Below, in pieces: positions 1 through 8,697 of a stretch of DNA of 32,000 bases (positions are counted from its first letter, which is position 1; each line of letters opens with the position of its first letter). Both the position numbers and the translations under genes were made by a program. Origin of the DNA: Candidatus Saccharimonadota bacterium (GTDB lineage Archaea > Nanobdellota > Nanobdellia > Pacearchaeales > GW2011-AR1); NCBI GenBank assembly GCA_017609205.1, contig JAFCEL010000001.1:1-32000 (forward strand). Reading direction: 5' to 3'. The notes beneath the pieces are model-generated. The model did no database searches. It was not told the origin of the DNA and saw only the letters and a program-made list of their open reading frames with translations.

Positions 1-1547
1 CATCCAAGTGTTCCTGACACAAACCCTGCTGCAACTGTTGAGCAGTCCAGGCCATTCAGGTCAGAACCATCGCATGCTTCGCCTGGCTCTGTTATTGAAT
101 TACCACAAACAGGACCCTGAGAAGATTCTATTTTGCATTCAGAACTGCAGCCATCACCGTTCTGGTTGTTTCCATCGTCGCATTCTTCATCACCTTCTAC
201 AATATAATCTCCGCACAGAGGCAATGTTAGGGGGTGAGGGTAAGGGTAGGGTGTATAATATGCCTCCCATTTGTTAGTTGAGGTGCATTTGTATAAAGTC
301 CCATTCAAAGGTTCTTTCGGATGAACACCAACATTGTTATTGTTGACAGAGTTGCATTGCTGGTTAGTTGCCCAATACGCTACTCCTGGAGTGCAAGTAT
401 CTGGACGTGATGAAAGAGTACCGCAGCCTATTCCTGAGGTTCCATCAAAAGTGGTATTCTGATTGTAAAACTCTGAGTTTTCTGCTATTACATCACAACA
501 ATCCTCTTTCTCTTTAGCTAAGACAAGATTTGAATTTTGTCGATTGTTCCAGTAGTATGAGTCTGAAACGTGTTGGGGTTGACCTGTAGGTCCTGTCGCA
601 GGAGGGTTTAATGAATCGTCAAATTCTTCTCTTGCCTTGGCACTGCACCCAGCACTTCCAATAACTTTGTTGTTAAATATTACTGCCTTTCCACCTCGCT
701 GGTCGAATATCCCAACACCAGATCCTGTATATGCATGGTGTAAAATGTTGCCGTAGATTTCAGCCCCCATAGTAGCATGATTCATTCCTGCTCCCTGGTT
801 TCCATGCATATCAAACCAAGGATGTAATCCTCTACTAGCGGTGTGAGTATAGTTATTGTAGCGTGCACAATATCTTCCTCCAGCCCCTCCACTGTGGGGG
901 GTGTTCGGGGTGGTGATTACATTATCTTCATAATATATGCAATCAGCACTGCCGAATGTAAAAGATAGGCTGCTCCATGAAATCTTATTTGCTCCATAGC
1001 TATCTATCTTTTTTCCAGAACCTGAAAATACGTTGTTATCTATAACTCCATACACTGTTCCAACAATTCTGATCTGTCGTTTTGCATTTCGACCTCCTGC
1101 ATCATAAAGTGCATTATGATCAATTCGTATTTTTGTTAAAGGTATTGCGTTTTTGTTGTATATTCTAATACCATCACTCAATAAACTCATATTTAGGGTA
1201 AATCCTGTTATTCTGAAATATTCATTGAGTTCTGGATTAGCAGGATGATAAGAGATCATTCCACTTGTTGCAGTTATTCCATTATCTGCAGTAATGATAG
1301 TCTTTCCAATCCCAGCACCTTTTAGAATAATACCTTTTGTAATAGTAAGTGTTGAATTCCATTTGCATTCTCCTGCAGGAATAGCTATAGTGTCTCCATT
1401 ATTTGCAGAGTTAACAGCTGCCTGCACATCCTCTAAAGAACAGCTCTGCACATTAATAAGTGCGGCAGAAACTGTGCTGGGCAGAACAACTAACATAATT
1501 AAAAATAATACAATAGGAATAATGAACAATAACCCTCTTTTTATCAT
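1..1547 (-). CDS. Secreted right-handed beta-helix (pectate-lyase-fold-like) protein with C-terminal cysteine-rich repeats; 3' end runs off the window
   Basis: My own minus-strand translation starts at ATG (RC of 1545-1547). It gives MIKRGLLFIIPIVLFLIMLVVLPSTVSA (signal peptide), then LEDVQAAVNSANNGDTIAIPAGEC..LTITKGIILKGAG, typical of beta-helix N-termini. Near the window edge it reads CGDYIVEGDEECDDGNNQNGDGCSSEC, matching the CGNG..E.GEECDDGN...GDGCS..C cysteine-rich repeat pattern. The frame is consistent from 1547 to 239. The ORF is missing from the track, probably because it is open-ended. Confidence 0.6.
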   Translation of the reverse strand, partial: MIKRGLLFIIPIVLFLIMLVVLPSTVSAALINVQSCSLEDVQAAVNSANNGDTIAIPAGECKWNSTLTITKGIILKGAGIGKTIITADNGITATSGMISYHPANPELNEYFRITGFTLNMSLLSDGIRIYNKNAIPLTKIRIDHNALYDAGGRNAKRQIRIVGTVYGVIDNNVFSGSGKKIDSYGANKISWSSLSFTFGSADCIYYEDNVITTPNTPHSGGAGGRYCARYNNYTHTASRGLHPWFDMHGNQGAGMNHATMGAEIYGNILHHAYTGSGVGIFDQRGGKAVIFNNKVIGSAGCSAKAREEFDDSLNPPATGPTGQPQHVSDSYYWNNRQNSNLVLAKEKEDCCDVIAENSEFYNQNTTFDGTSGIGCGTLSSRPDTCTPGVAYWATNQQCNSVNNNNVGVHPKEPLNGTLYKCTSTNKWEAYYTPYPYPHPLTLPLCGDYIVEGDEECDDGNNQNGDGCSSECKIESSQGPVCGNSITEPGEACDGSDLNGLDCSTVAAGFVSGTLG

Positions 1548-1612
1548 AATATAATTATTATATATTATTTAAATAATCTTTTGTTTATTGCTAGTCCAGT
1601 TAATCCAGTTTA

Positions 1613-1801
1613 TTATTTTCTTTTTGTAGTTTTTTTTCTTGCAGGTTTGGAGGATTTAATTTTTGAAATTATCTTCTCCATTTCTGCGAGAATTTTTGCT
1701 TGTTGTTCTTTTATTCCAAGGATTTCGCCTTGAATCTGAAGAATATCTGTTTTAACTGCACGAAACGAGTTTTTTATAGAGTGTTCTGTCACCATTGTCA
1801 T
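1613..1801 (-). CDS. Small hypothetical protein, coiled-coil with basic C-terminal tail
   Basis: 62-aa ATG-initiated ORF, same strand as infB and 60 nt downstream of it. The sequence has heptad-like character and ends in a KPARKKTTKRK tail. I recognise no family. Confidence 0.35.
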   Translation of the reverse strand: MTMVTEHSIKNSFRAVKTDILQIQGEILGIKEQQAKILAEMEKIISKIKSSKPARKKTTKRK

Positions 1802-1860
1802 TTTTTAGTCAGAACACTTTTATAAATATTTTGGTAGTAGAGTTAAGTTTAATTTTTGCT

Positions 1861-3603
1861 TCAAATACCCCATTCAGGATTTTTTTCGCGTTTTATTTCA
1901 GCAATTTCCTGAAGTATTTTCTTCTCATTCTCAGAAAGCAAGTCTTTATTTTTTTTGAATTTTCTAAATTGCGATTCTGATATATCAGAATAAAGAAATT
2001 TTTTCTCTTTTAATTGTCTTTCAAAATTCAGTCCTGGAATTGAGATAGCAACTTCCATTCCTTCTGTTGCTTCGTCAATGGATTTGTTTTCTGATTGGAT
2101 ATTTTTTAAACGCCCTACTTTTTCTCCTTTTTCGTCGCTTAAGATTATTCCTGATTTGATTTTCCCACCTGCGATTCTTATACCAAAAATTGCAGGATTA
2201 GAATTCCTAAAGACATATTGTGGAAGAATTTCTATTTTGCAGATTGTTGCTAATTCCATTAATCTTTGTTTTTCAATTTTCTTTGCTTTTTCTTCTCTCC
2301 ATTCTATCAAATCTTCTATTAATTTGTATATGACGTCGTTTGTAATTATCTTAATATTTCCTTGTATTTCTTTTGCATCTTCTTCAACTGAGACATTAAA
2401 TCCTACAATGACAGCGTCGAGTTCATTTATTTCCTTATTTGCCTTTGCAGAGATTATATCTGTTTTGTTAATGTTTCCTATTTTTGCTTTTACAACTTTA
2501 ATTCTTTTCTCTTTCAGAAGGGTTAGTAGCGCTTCTAGACTTCCTAATGAATCTGCTTTTGCTATTATTCCTTGTTTTTCTGTTTGAATGTTCTCTGATA
2601 TTTCCTTTTTGAATTTTTCTTTTAATTCATCTAAGTTGTTCTTGTAGATTTCAAAAGGCATTCCAGGGAGGATTTCTTTTTTTTCAATTAATTGCATTCG
2701 GAGACCTGTTGCTGCTTGGATTTTCTCTTTTGGTTTGAACCTTGCGCAAAGAGGTTCTATCTCCTCGAGAATCCTGATTTTTGTTATAATAGGCTCTTTA
2801 TCAAAACTTGCAACAGCAATTTCATCTTTTTTCGATAACTCTCCATCGTATAAGATTGCTTCTGCATAATGAGTTGATTTCTCTTTTTTTATTTCAAGGA
2901 TAATACCTTTTGCATCTTTGTTTAATTCTAATTTGTCAGCAAGGTATTTTTGACTGAGTCCGCAGAGAATCATTATTAATTCAGGTATTCCTTCTTTTGT
3001 TCGTGCAGAACAGGGAACAAGTGCTATTTTTCTTGTGAAATCCTGGATATTATAAAATAAGTCTGCATCAAAACCGTAATTGTTGAGAGAACCTATTAGA
3101 GTCATATATCTCTCGTCGAAGACTTGTTTTACATTTGGGTTTTGCGATTCAATATTTTTTCTTAAATCCTCGTTTATTCTTCTCCACCCAGAAATATTAT
3201 CAATTTTATTTAATGCAATTAGGAAAGGTGTTTTATTATGTTTTAAGATTTGTATTACTTCTGCTGTTTGAGGTTTGATTCCTTCATTTATATCTATTAC
3301 AAGAACAGCTAAATCAGAGAGGGAACCACCGCGTTTTCTTAAGTTTGTGAATGCAGCATGGCCTGGGGTGTCAATAAAGAGAAATCCAGGGATATTGAGG
3401 TTTATTCCTGACTTTTCAATTAATGGACATGCTTTCTTTAATTGTTGAAGAGGGTATTGTGTAAATGATATTTTCTGAGTAATTCCCCCTGCCTCAGCTT
3501 CTTGAACACAGGTTCCTCTAAAGCAATCAAGAATACTTGTTTTTCCGTGATCTACATGACCACAAATTGTTACAATTGGCTGTCTGATACGTTGGGTTGT
3601 CAT
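1861..3603 (-). CDS. infB: Translation initiation factor aIF5B (IF-2 family GTPase)
   Basis: 580 aa. G1 motif GHVDHGKT, DTPGH, NKID, and the overall aIF5B domain layout and length. Confidence 0.9.
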   Translation of the reverse strand: MTTQRIRQPIVTICGHVDHGKTSILDCFRGTCVQEAEAGGITQKISFTQYPLQQLKKACPLIEKSGINLNIPGFLFIDTPGHAAFTNLRKRGGSLSDLAVLVIDINEGIKPQTAEVIQILKHNKTPFLIALNKIDNISGWRRINEDLRKNIESQNPNVKQVFDERYMTLIGSLNNYGFDADLFYNIQDFTRKIALVPCSARTKEGIPELIMILCGLSQKYLADKLELNKDAKGIILEIKKEKSTHYAEAILYDGELSKKDEIAVASFDKEPIITKIRILEEIEPLCARFKPKEKIQAATGLRMQLIEKKEILPGMPFEIYKNNLDELKEKFKKEISENIQTEKQGIIAKADSLGSLEALLTLLKEKRIKVVKAKIGNINKTDIISAKANKEINELDAVIVGFNVSVEEDAKEIQGNIKIITNDVIYKLIEDLIEWREEKAKKIEKQRLMELATICKIEILPQYVFRNSNPAIFGIRIAGGKIKSGIILSDEKGEKVGRLKNIQSENKSIDEATEGMEVAISIPGLNFERQLKEKKFLYSDISESQFRKFKKNKDLLSENEKKILQEIAEIKREKNPEWGI

Positions 3604-3730
3604 AAAATAAACACAAAGAAAGAACTTAAAAAACTTTACAATATCAGAAATAAAATGTTTTTGAAAGATAATTAAGGGATGCGTTAATTCAGGAAATCTC
3701 TTTTAACCCTAATTGAGAAACAATGCAAGA

Positions 3731-4000
3731 TTATAATCTCTTAATTTTAACTCCTTCCTTTTCTAATAATTCTTTTTTTAATCTAGAATTAGCTTTTCCT
3801 TTGTATCCTCCTAAACTGCCGTCTGATTTTATCACTCTATGACATGGAATTTTAATTGGGTAGGGATTTCTTTTTAATGCTTGGCCAACTGCACGAGGAG
3901 AAGTATTTAATTTTTCTGCAATTGCCTTGTAGGTTGTTGTTTTTCCTTTTGGAATCTTTTTTACAATTGCATAAACTTTTTTCTGGAGTTTTGTTAGCAT
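3731..4000 (-). CDS. ogt: Minimal methylated-DNA-protein-cysteine methyltransferase (C-terminal DNA-binding/active-site domain only)
   Basis: 89 aa with the IPCHRVI active-site motif and a helix-turn-helix region (TTYKAIAEKLNTSPRAVGQAL). The N-terminal domain of canonical Ogt/Ada is absent. Confidence 0.75.
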   Translation of the reverse strand: MLTKLQKKVYAIVKKIPKGKTTTYKAIAEKLNTSPRAVGQALKRNPYPIKIPCHRVIKSDGSLGGYKGKANSRLKKELLEKEGVKIKRL

Positions 4001-4033
4001 AAATTATAAAAGGTTTTTGTTTTTAATAAACTT

Positions 4034-4324
4034 ATGAAAACTCTCAAAGAGCTTAATGAAAAATATGACTTGGAATTAAAGAGAGTTGTTTCTGAGATTA
4101 AAAAATCAAGAGCAAAATTAATTTTATTGCAATTTCCTGACGGGCTTAAGCCTTATGCAACTGCTGTTGTTGATTTTTTAAGAGATAAAACTAATTCTGA
4201 ATTTTTAATTTGGTTTGGAAGTTGTTTTGGAGCGTGTGATACACCTATTTTTGGAAAAGAACTTGAGAATAAGGTTGATTTGATTATCCAATTCGGGCAT
4301 AATGAGCTGATGCCTTGTTATTAG
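4034..4324 (+). pseudogene. dph2: Truncated diphthamide synthase Dph2 (2-(3-amino-3-carboxypropyl)histidine synthase), N-terminal ~96 aa only
   Basis: LILLQFPDGLKPYA...GSCFGACD...IIQFGH matches the first domain of archaeal Dph2. The ORF stops at 96 aa and is followed by AT-rich intergenic sequence and an unrelated ORF. Full-length archaeal Dph2 is roughly 330-340 aa. Confidence 0.55.
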
Positions 4325-4374
4325 GTCTAGTACTTTGCAATAATATTTAAAAATTAATTTTAATTGTATTCTAA

Positions 4375-4860
4375 ATGAATAAAAGGGAAAATAAAATAAA
4401 TAGCCTATCTATTTTGCAAGCTTTTTCTTATCTCAGCAAAATTCAGGATGTGGTTCCTTTCTTACTCTATCAGAAGAATGAGGTGCATGAATTTTTATAT
4501 AATGAATGGAGTAAAGAGAAGGGGCTATTCTCTGAAAGGTTTAGGCCTGTATGGGACAGGAGCTATCCTTTTTTTGAGGATTTTGAACAAGTCTTATATT
4601 ATGGTTCAGTAATCTCTGATAAAAATCTAAAAGTAAGGAGAATTTGTTTGAGAGCTTATGAAGATTTAAAAAAATTAGAAGACGATTCTCTCCAACTTGC
4701 TATTGGGATAGGAATTGGACTTGATAAAAATTTTGGGTGTGATGAAAATGGTGATAGAAATCATAGGACAAGAGTGGAAAGGATTTCTAATTATGATCTT
4801 TCTCAGAAATATTCATCAGCTGAATTTTTATCTAGGAAATTGAAAGAAGAAAATTTTTAA
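4375..4860 (+). CDS. Hypothetical protein
   Basis: 161-aa ATG ORF with coding-like composition. No recognisable motif. Confidence 0.45.
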   Translation: MNKRENKINSLSILQAFSYLSKIQDVVPFLLYQKNEVHEFLYNEWSKEKGLFSERFRPVWDRSYPFFEDFEQVLYYGSVISDKNLKVRRICLRAYEDLKKLEDDSLQLAIGIGIGLDKNFGCDENGDRNHRTRVERISNYDLSQKYSSAEFLSRKLKEENF

Positions 4861-4865
4861 AATAA

Positions 4866-5918
4866 TCATGCTAATTTAAAAAAATCTAAGATAAGTTGCT
4901 TGTTTTCTGGGGAGTATTGTCTTAATTTTATTCCTGCCATTTCGAGTATTTTTCTAGAAGCAACAAATTCATCAAGAAGAGCATACTTATTACTGATATA
5001 AATTACTTCTTTTATTCTGGACTGAATTATTAATTTAGCACATTCATTACATGGAAAAAGTGGAACATAAATTCTACAGCCATTTAAATCTTTTGTAGCA
5101 TTTGTTATTGCATTTTGTTCAGCATGCACAACGTAGGGATATTTTGTTTTAAGTTTTTCTCCTTCTCTTTCCCAGGGAAGAACATCATCAGAACATCCGA
5201 TTGGAAAACCATTGTAGCCAGTAGCAATAATGTGATTATGTTCGTCCACAATACATGCACCAACTTGGGTATTTGGATCTTTACTTCTCATTGCAGAAAG
5301 CACAGCAACTCCCATAAAATATTCATCCCATGAAATGTAATCTTTTCTTTTTGTTATTTTTTGAGCATCTCTGGAAATTATTTTATTATAAATTTCTTCA
5401 ACTTGTTTATGTAGTTCTTCAACTCCTTTGTTATTATCCAAAACATAATCAGCCATTTCAATACATTTACTCAAATTTTGTTTATTTGGGTCTTGAGAAA
5501 ACATTTCACGTTTTTCATTTTCTAAAAATTCATCATAGGAAACATTGTCTGTCTCGCTTTGTCTTGTCACAATTCTGACATACCTTGTTTGTGGGTCAGC
5601 ATCAATGGCCAATAAAACACCCCCTTTTTCCTTTAAAGCCTCAACTTCTCCCGGTGTTCTAATACTTTCAATGATACAATCACCTCCTGCTTTTTTTGCT
5701 TGTTCATAAAGCTGTTCTATAATATAACTTGGAGAATTCATTTTTCTTAATTGATTGGCAACTAAAACCATGTTATCTCTGTTAACAGGTAGCCCTCTTT
5801 TATTAATTTCCTTAATTAAAAATTCTCTCACAGAAAAATGCTTAAATCCTTTTTGTTTTAAAAATTCAACAACAGTTCCTTTACCAGCTCCGAGAGTCCC
5901 TGTGATTCCAATAATCAT
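4866..5918 (-). CDS. Fusion protein: N-terminal P-loop nucleotide kinase-like domain + C-terminal dCMP deaminase (cytidine/deoxycytidylate deaminase zinc-binding domain)
   Basis: N-terminal GITGTLGAGKGT Walker A. C-terminal HAEQNAI ... PCNECAKLI zinc-ligand motifs of the dCMP deaminase/ComEB family. Confidence 0.8.
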   Translation of the reverse strand: MIIGITGTLGAGKGTVVEFLKQKGFKHFSVREFLIKEINKRGLPVNRDNMVLVANQLRKMNSPSYIIEQLYEQAKKAGGDCIIESIRTPGEVEALKEKGGVLLAIDADPQTRYVRIVTRQSETDNVSYDEFLENEKREMFSQDPNKQNLSKCIEMADYVLDNNKGVEELHKQVEEIYNKIISRDAQKITKRKDYISWDEYFMGVAVLSAMRSKDPNTQVGACIVDEHNHIIATGYNGFPIGCSDDVLPWEREGEKLKTKYPYVVHAEQNAITNATKDLNGCRIYVPLFPCNECAKLIIQSRIKEVIYISNKYALLDEFVASRKILEMAGIKLRQYSPENKQLILDFFKLA

Positions 5919-5968
5919 TTGATAAATTATCTAAGGATTATTTAAAGATTTATTTACTTAATACAGTA

Positions 5969-6604
5969 TTAAATTTTTAATCTTTGATTTATGTGGCATT
6001 TTATTTCTTGTTGAATTCCTTGGATATCTCCCTCACGATAAGGGATTACTATTGAAATATCTGGAAACATTTTTGCAATTTCGAGGTAAGCTTTATTGAC
6101 TTGCTTATGGAATTCTTCTCCTTTTGATTCTATTCTATCAGGGTTTTGAATTTTTTTTATTAATTTTGATGAATCTCCGTCAATGATGAAGAGGATGTCT
6201 GGAAGCAAATTAAATGTGGAAATATTGTTTAAGTAATTTATTAATCCTTTGTGGGTATTGTTTATTCCTCCTGCAACTCCTTGGTAAGCATATGTGGATG
6301 GCCAGCTTCTGTCCTCTAAAACACTTATTCTCTTTTCTAAATTTGGAAGAATTCTTTTATGAAATGTTTCTACTCTGTCTGCTTCATAAAGGAATAATTC
6401 TGTTAGGGGGTGTAAATCAAAATCTTTTCTATATTGCAATATTCTTCTTATTTCCTTTCCTGGCTCTGTTTCCCCAGGTTCCTTAATAGTAATAAAAGGA
6501 ATTTTCTTTTCTGAAAAATAATTTTCTAATAATTTAAGTTGAGTTCCTTTTCCAACGTTTTCTCCGCCTTCTAAAATGATATAATGTCCTCTTTCTTTTT
6601 CCAT
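5969..6604 (-). CDS. tmk: Thymidylate kinase (dTMP kinase)
   Basis: P-loop ILEGGENVGKGTQ, EPGETEPGKEIR, DRSWPSTYAYQG. Typical Tmk motifs and length (211 aa). Confidence 0.8.
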   Translation of the reverse strand: MEKERGHYIILEGGENVGKGTQLKLLENYFSEKKIPFITIKEPGETEPGKEIRRILQYRKDFDLHPLTELFLYEADRVETFHKRILPNLEKRISVLEDRSWPSTYAYQGVAGGINNTHKGLINYLNNISTFNLLPDILFIIDGDSSKLIKKIQNPDRIESKGEEFHKQVNKAYLEIAKMFPDISIVIPYREGDIQGIQQEIKCHINQRLKI

Positions 6605-6701
6605 TAAAAGATAATTTTCTTTTTCTTTTTAAAGAAATCTGCTTTGGAAGAGATAAGTTATATCATAATAATTTTTATAAAAATGAGATTTATTTAATAA
6701 A

Positions 6702-7505
6702 ATGAAAATTCATAAAATAGAGGCGAGAGATTTGCCTGACTTGTGGTTTCAAGCTGTTCATGATATTCTTGATGAGGGAAGAAAATTTAAAGTTGATAGG
6801 GGTTCGTATGCTGGACAGACAAGATTAGAATATGATTATTTTATCGGGCATGTAAAATATCCTGGAACTAGGCCGTTAATCCCTGATATCCCTCCTTCTA
6901 TGGGAATTCCTAATCCTGTTGAAGAAGCATATATTTATGGAGGAGAGGGATATGAGCGATCCTATATTGAATATTTAATGACAAGCCATAAAGAACCTGG
7001 AGAGTCTTATACTTATGGGGAGAGATTAACTAAGGTTCCAATTACAATGGATAAGTTAGAGAGAATTATGAATAAAGATAAGGAAGTTATAGATGAAAGA
7101 TTATTTTTAGAGCCTGATGGGAAGATTGTCTTTGAAGAAGATGGACAATTATATCTTAATCAAATTGAGTGGGTAATTGATACTTATAAAAAATTTGGAG
7201 CAAGGAATAATCAAATGGTGTTGCAAGTTGCTGATACTTCTGATTTGGTATTATTAGATCCTCCTTGTTTGAGGAGTATTGATACAAGAATAGAGGATGG
7301 TAGATTAGATTTTAGGCCAGTTTATTTTAGAAGCTGGGATTTGTGGGGGGGATTGCCTGCAAATCTTGCGGGTATCCAAAATCTTAAGGAATATATGGCT
7401 GGAGAAATAGGAGTTAAAGACGGAGAGATGCTTGTTGAAAGTAAGGGATTACATTTATATGGTTATGCAGAAGATTTAGCTAAACTAAGGTGCCTAAAGA
7501 AATAA
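6702..7505 (+). CDS. thyA: Thymidylate synthase, ThyA family (archaeal type)
   Basis: LDPPCLRS (catalytic Cys in a PPC context), YFRSWDLWGGLPANL (by eye aligns to E. coli YQRSCDVFLGLPFNI and retains the Asn linked to dUMP specificity), GLHLYGY (HLY motif). Confidence 0.75.
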   Translation: MKIHKIEARDLPDLWFQAVHDILDEGRKFKVDRGSYAGQTRLEYDYFIGHVKYPGTRPLIPDIPPSMGIPNPVEEAYIYGGEGYERSYIEYLMTSHKEPGESYTYGERLTKVPITMDKLERIMNKDKEVIDERLFLEPDGKIVFEEDGQLYLNQIEWVIDTYKKFGARNNQMVLQVADTSDLVLLDPPCLRSIDTRIEDGRLDFRPVYFRSWDLWGGLPANLAGIQNLKEYMAGEIGVKDGEMLVESKGLHLYGYAEDLAKLRCLKK

Positions 7506-7509
7506 GTTT

Positions 7510-8211
7510 TTAGATCCAGCCAAGTAATAGTCCCACTCCAACTAAGAACATTAAGACCCCGGCAATTAAATGGAGAATTTTTATATTCTTTTCTTTCCAT
7601 CCTGACACTTCCTGAACTTTTGCAAAACCATAATAAATTATTCCTACTATTGTTAACATAGGGAGAATGAAGATAATATTATAATAGAGAAGCCATGGAA
7701 TTGCTTTTAATGTTCCTAATTCTGAAAGCAGACCTGATGCAATTATGTAAGGACCAATTGTGCATGGAAGAAGGAAAAGTGTCACTAAAAACCCTATGAC
7801 AAATGCTCCTTTTGGGGATGTTATTTTGGTGATCATTTTCTTGACACGGGGGCGCATCCAGATTGGCATCTCAGTCGCAATTCCTCCTGGTTTGTATATG
7901 AAGTAGTCTTTTATATTGAGCGCTCCTATGACCATAGCAAGAACTGCAAGTCCATTGTAAATATAACCTGAGTTTAGTCTCATGAATTCTGCAAATGTCT
8001 TGAAGAATTGGATGATAACTAGTCCATAAAATAAATATCCTATATAAACTGCTGAAACGAACATTAAACCTCCCAATAGAACTTTTTTTCTTTGATTGGG
8101 GTTTTGGATTAATATTGACATAAGAACCATTGTTAAAACAGCTATTGCACAGGGGTTTACAGCGTCGGCAAGTGCGAGAGATGTTATTCCAATAAGGTTT
8201 AGGCTCACCAT
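7510..8211 (-). CDS. ccdA: CcdA/DsbD-family thiol:disulfide transmembrane electron transporter
   Basis: 233-aa polytopic membrane protein with two membrane-embedded PC motifs (AVNPCAIAVL and LLPCTIGPY) characteristic of CcdA/DsbD cores. Confidence 0.65.
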   Translation of the reverse strand: MVSLNLIGITSLALADAVNPCAIAVLTMVLMSILIQNPNQRKKVLLGGLMFVSAVYIGYLFYGLVIIQFFKTFAEFMRLNSGYIYNGLAVLAMVIGALNIKDYFIYKPGGIATEMPIWMRPRVKKMITKITSPKGAFVIGFLVTLFLLPCTIGPYIIASGLLSELGTLKAIPWLLYYNIIFILPMLTIVGIIYYGFAKVQEVSGWKEKNIKILHLIAGVLMFLVGVGLLLGWI

Positions 8212-8281
8212 TTTTATATAATATTTAAGAGATATTTAAAAGTTTTCTTAAAAATGAAAAAAATAAAAAAATAAAAATTAG

Positions 8282-8584
8282 TTAGTATCTTTTGTTAAAG
8301 TTTCTCTGTTTGTTTTGGAATTTTTTTCTCTTTGGTTTGTCTGGATCGAAAGGTTGCGCTTCATTCACTCTGATTTCTCTTCCTTCAACTTCTTTGCCAT
8401 TAAGTTCTTCAATTGCTTTTTTGGCAGATTCGTCGTTTTCAATCACAACAAAGCCAAATCCCTTTGATTTTCCATTAAACTTGTCCTTAAGAACATTTGC
8501 TTCTGAGACTTCGTAACTTGAAAACAGAGTTTTAAGTCCTTCATCGTCAATGCTCCAAGGCAAATTACCTACATACAATTTCAT
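8282..8584 (-). CDS. RRM-domain RNA-binding protein
   Basis: RNP-2 KLYVGNL and RNP-1 KGFGFVV spaced as in a canonical RRM. Basic C-terminal tail. Confidence 0.85.
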   Translation of the reverse strand: MKLYVGNLPWSIDDEGLKTLFSSYEVSEANVLKDKFNGKSKGFGFVVIENDESAKKAIEELNGKEVEGREIRVNEAQPFDPDKPKRKKFQNKQRNFNKRY

Positions 8585-8697
8585 TTTATCCTCCTTACAA
8601 CTTATAGAAACAAAATCTTTGATTTGAATCTATATATAATCATTAGAGAAAGGGTATTTAAGTTTTTGTATTATGTGATTTAGAATAGTAACCTAAC

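Noticed and set aside
8-277. Track ORFs antisense to, or nested in, much longer well-supported genes. Examples: 8-277, 1294-1554, 1795-1980, 2078-2587, 3080-3271, 5115-5578, 6214-6486, 8292-8516, 8918-9429 (plus strand and the 8939-9178 ORF), 12312-12575, 12659-13454, 13549-13734, 14971-15210, 16870-17193, 17825-18154, 18653-18856, 22043-22333, 22687-22893, 23316-23775, 24504-24735, 27134-27379, 28875-29395, 31535-31738.
   Set aside because: Each lies opposite or inside an ORF with clear family motifs. Their translations are low-complexity (Phe/Leu/Ile/Ser-rich), as expected from the reverse strand of AT-rich coding DNA. None has independent support.
3731-4000. The 89-aa MGMT, considered as an alkyltransferase-like (ATL) damage sensor rather than an active transferase
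   Set aside because: The PCHR active-site cysteine is retained, so it looks like a minimal but catalytically competent Ogt C-terminal domain. ATL proteins lack this Cys.
7333-7343. An 11-nt match (GCTGGGATTTG) between thyA and the T-arm/acceptor region of tRNA-Lys (21849-21859), considered as a possible att site for the island
   Set aside because: It lies inside a conserved housekeeping coding sequence, far from the island. It is short enough to be chance and does not extend to the tRNA 3' end.
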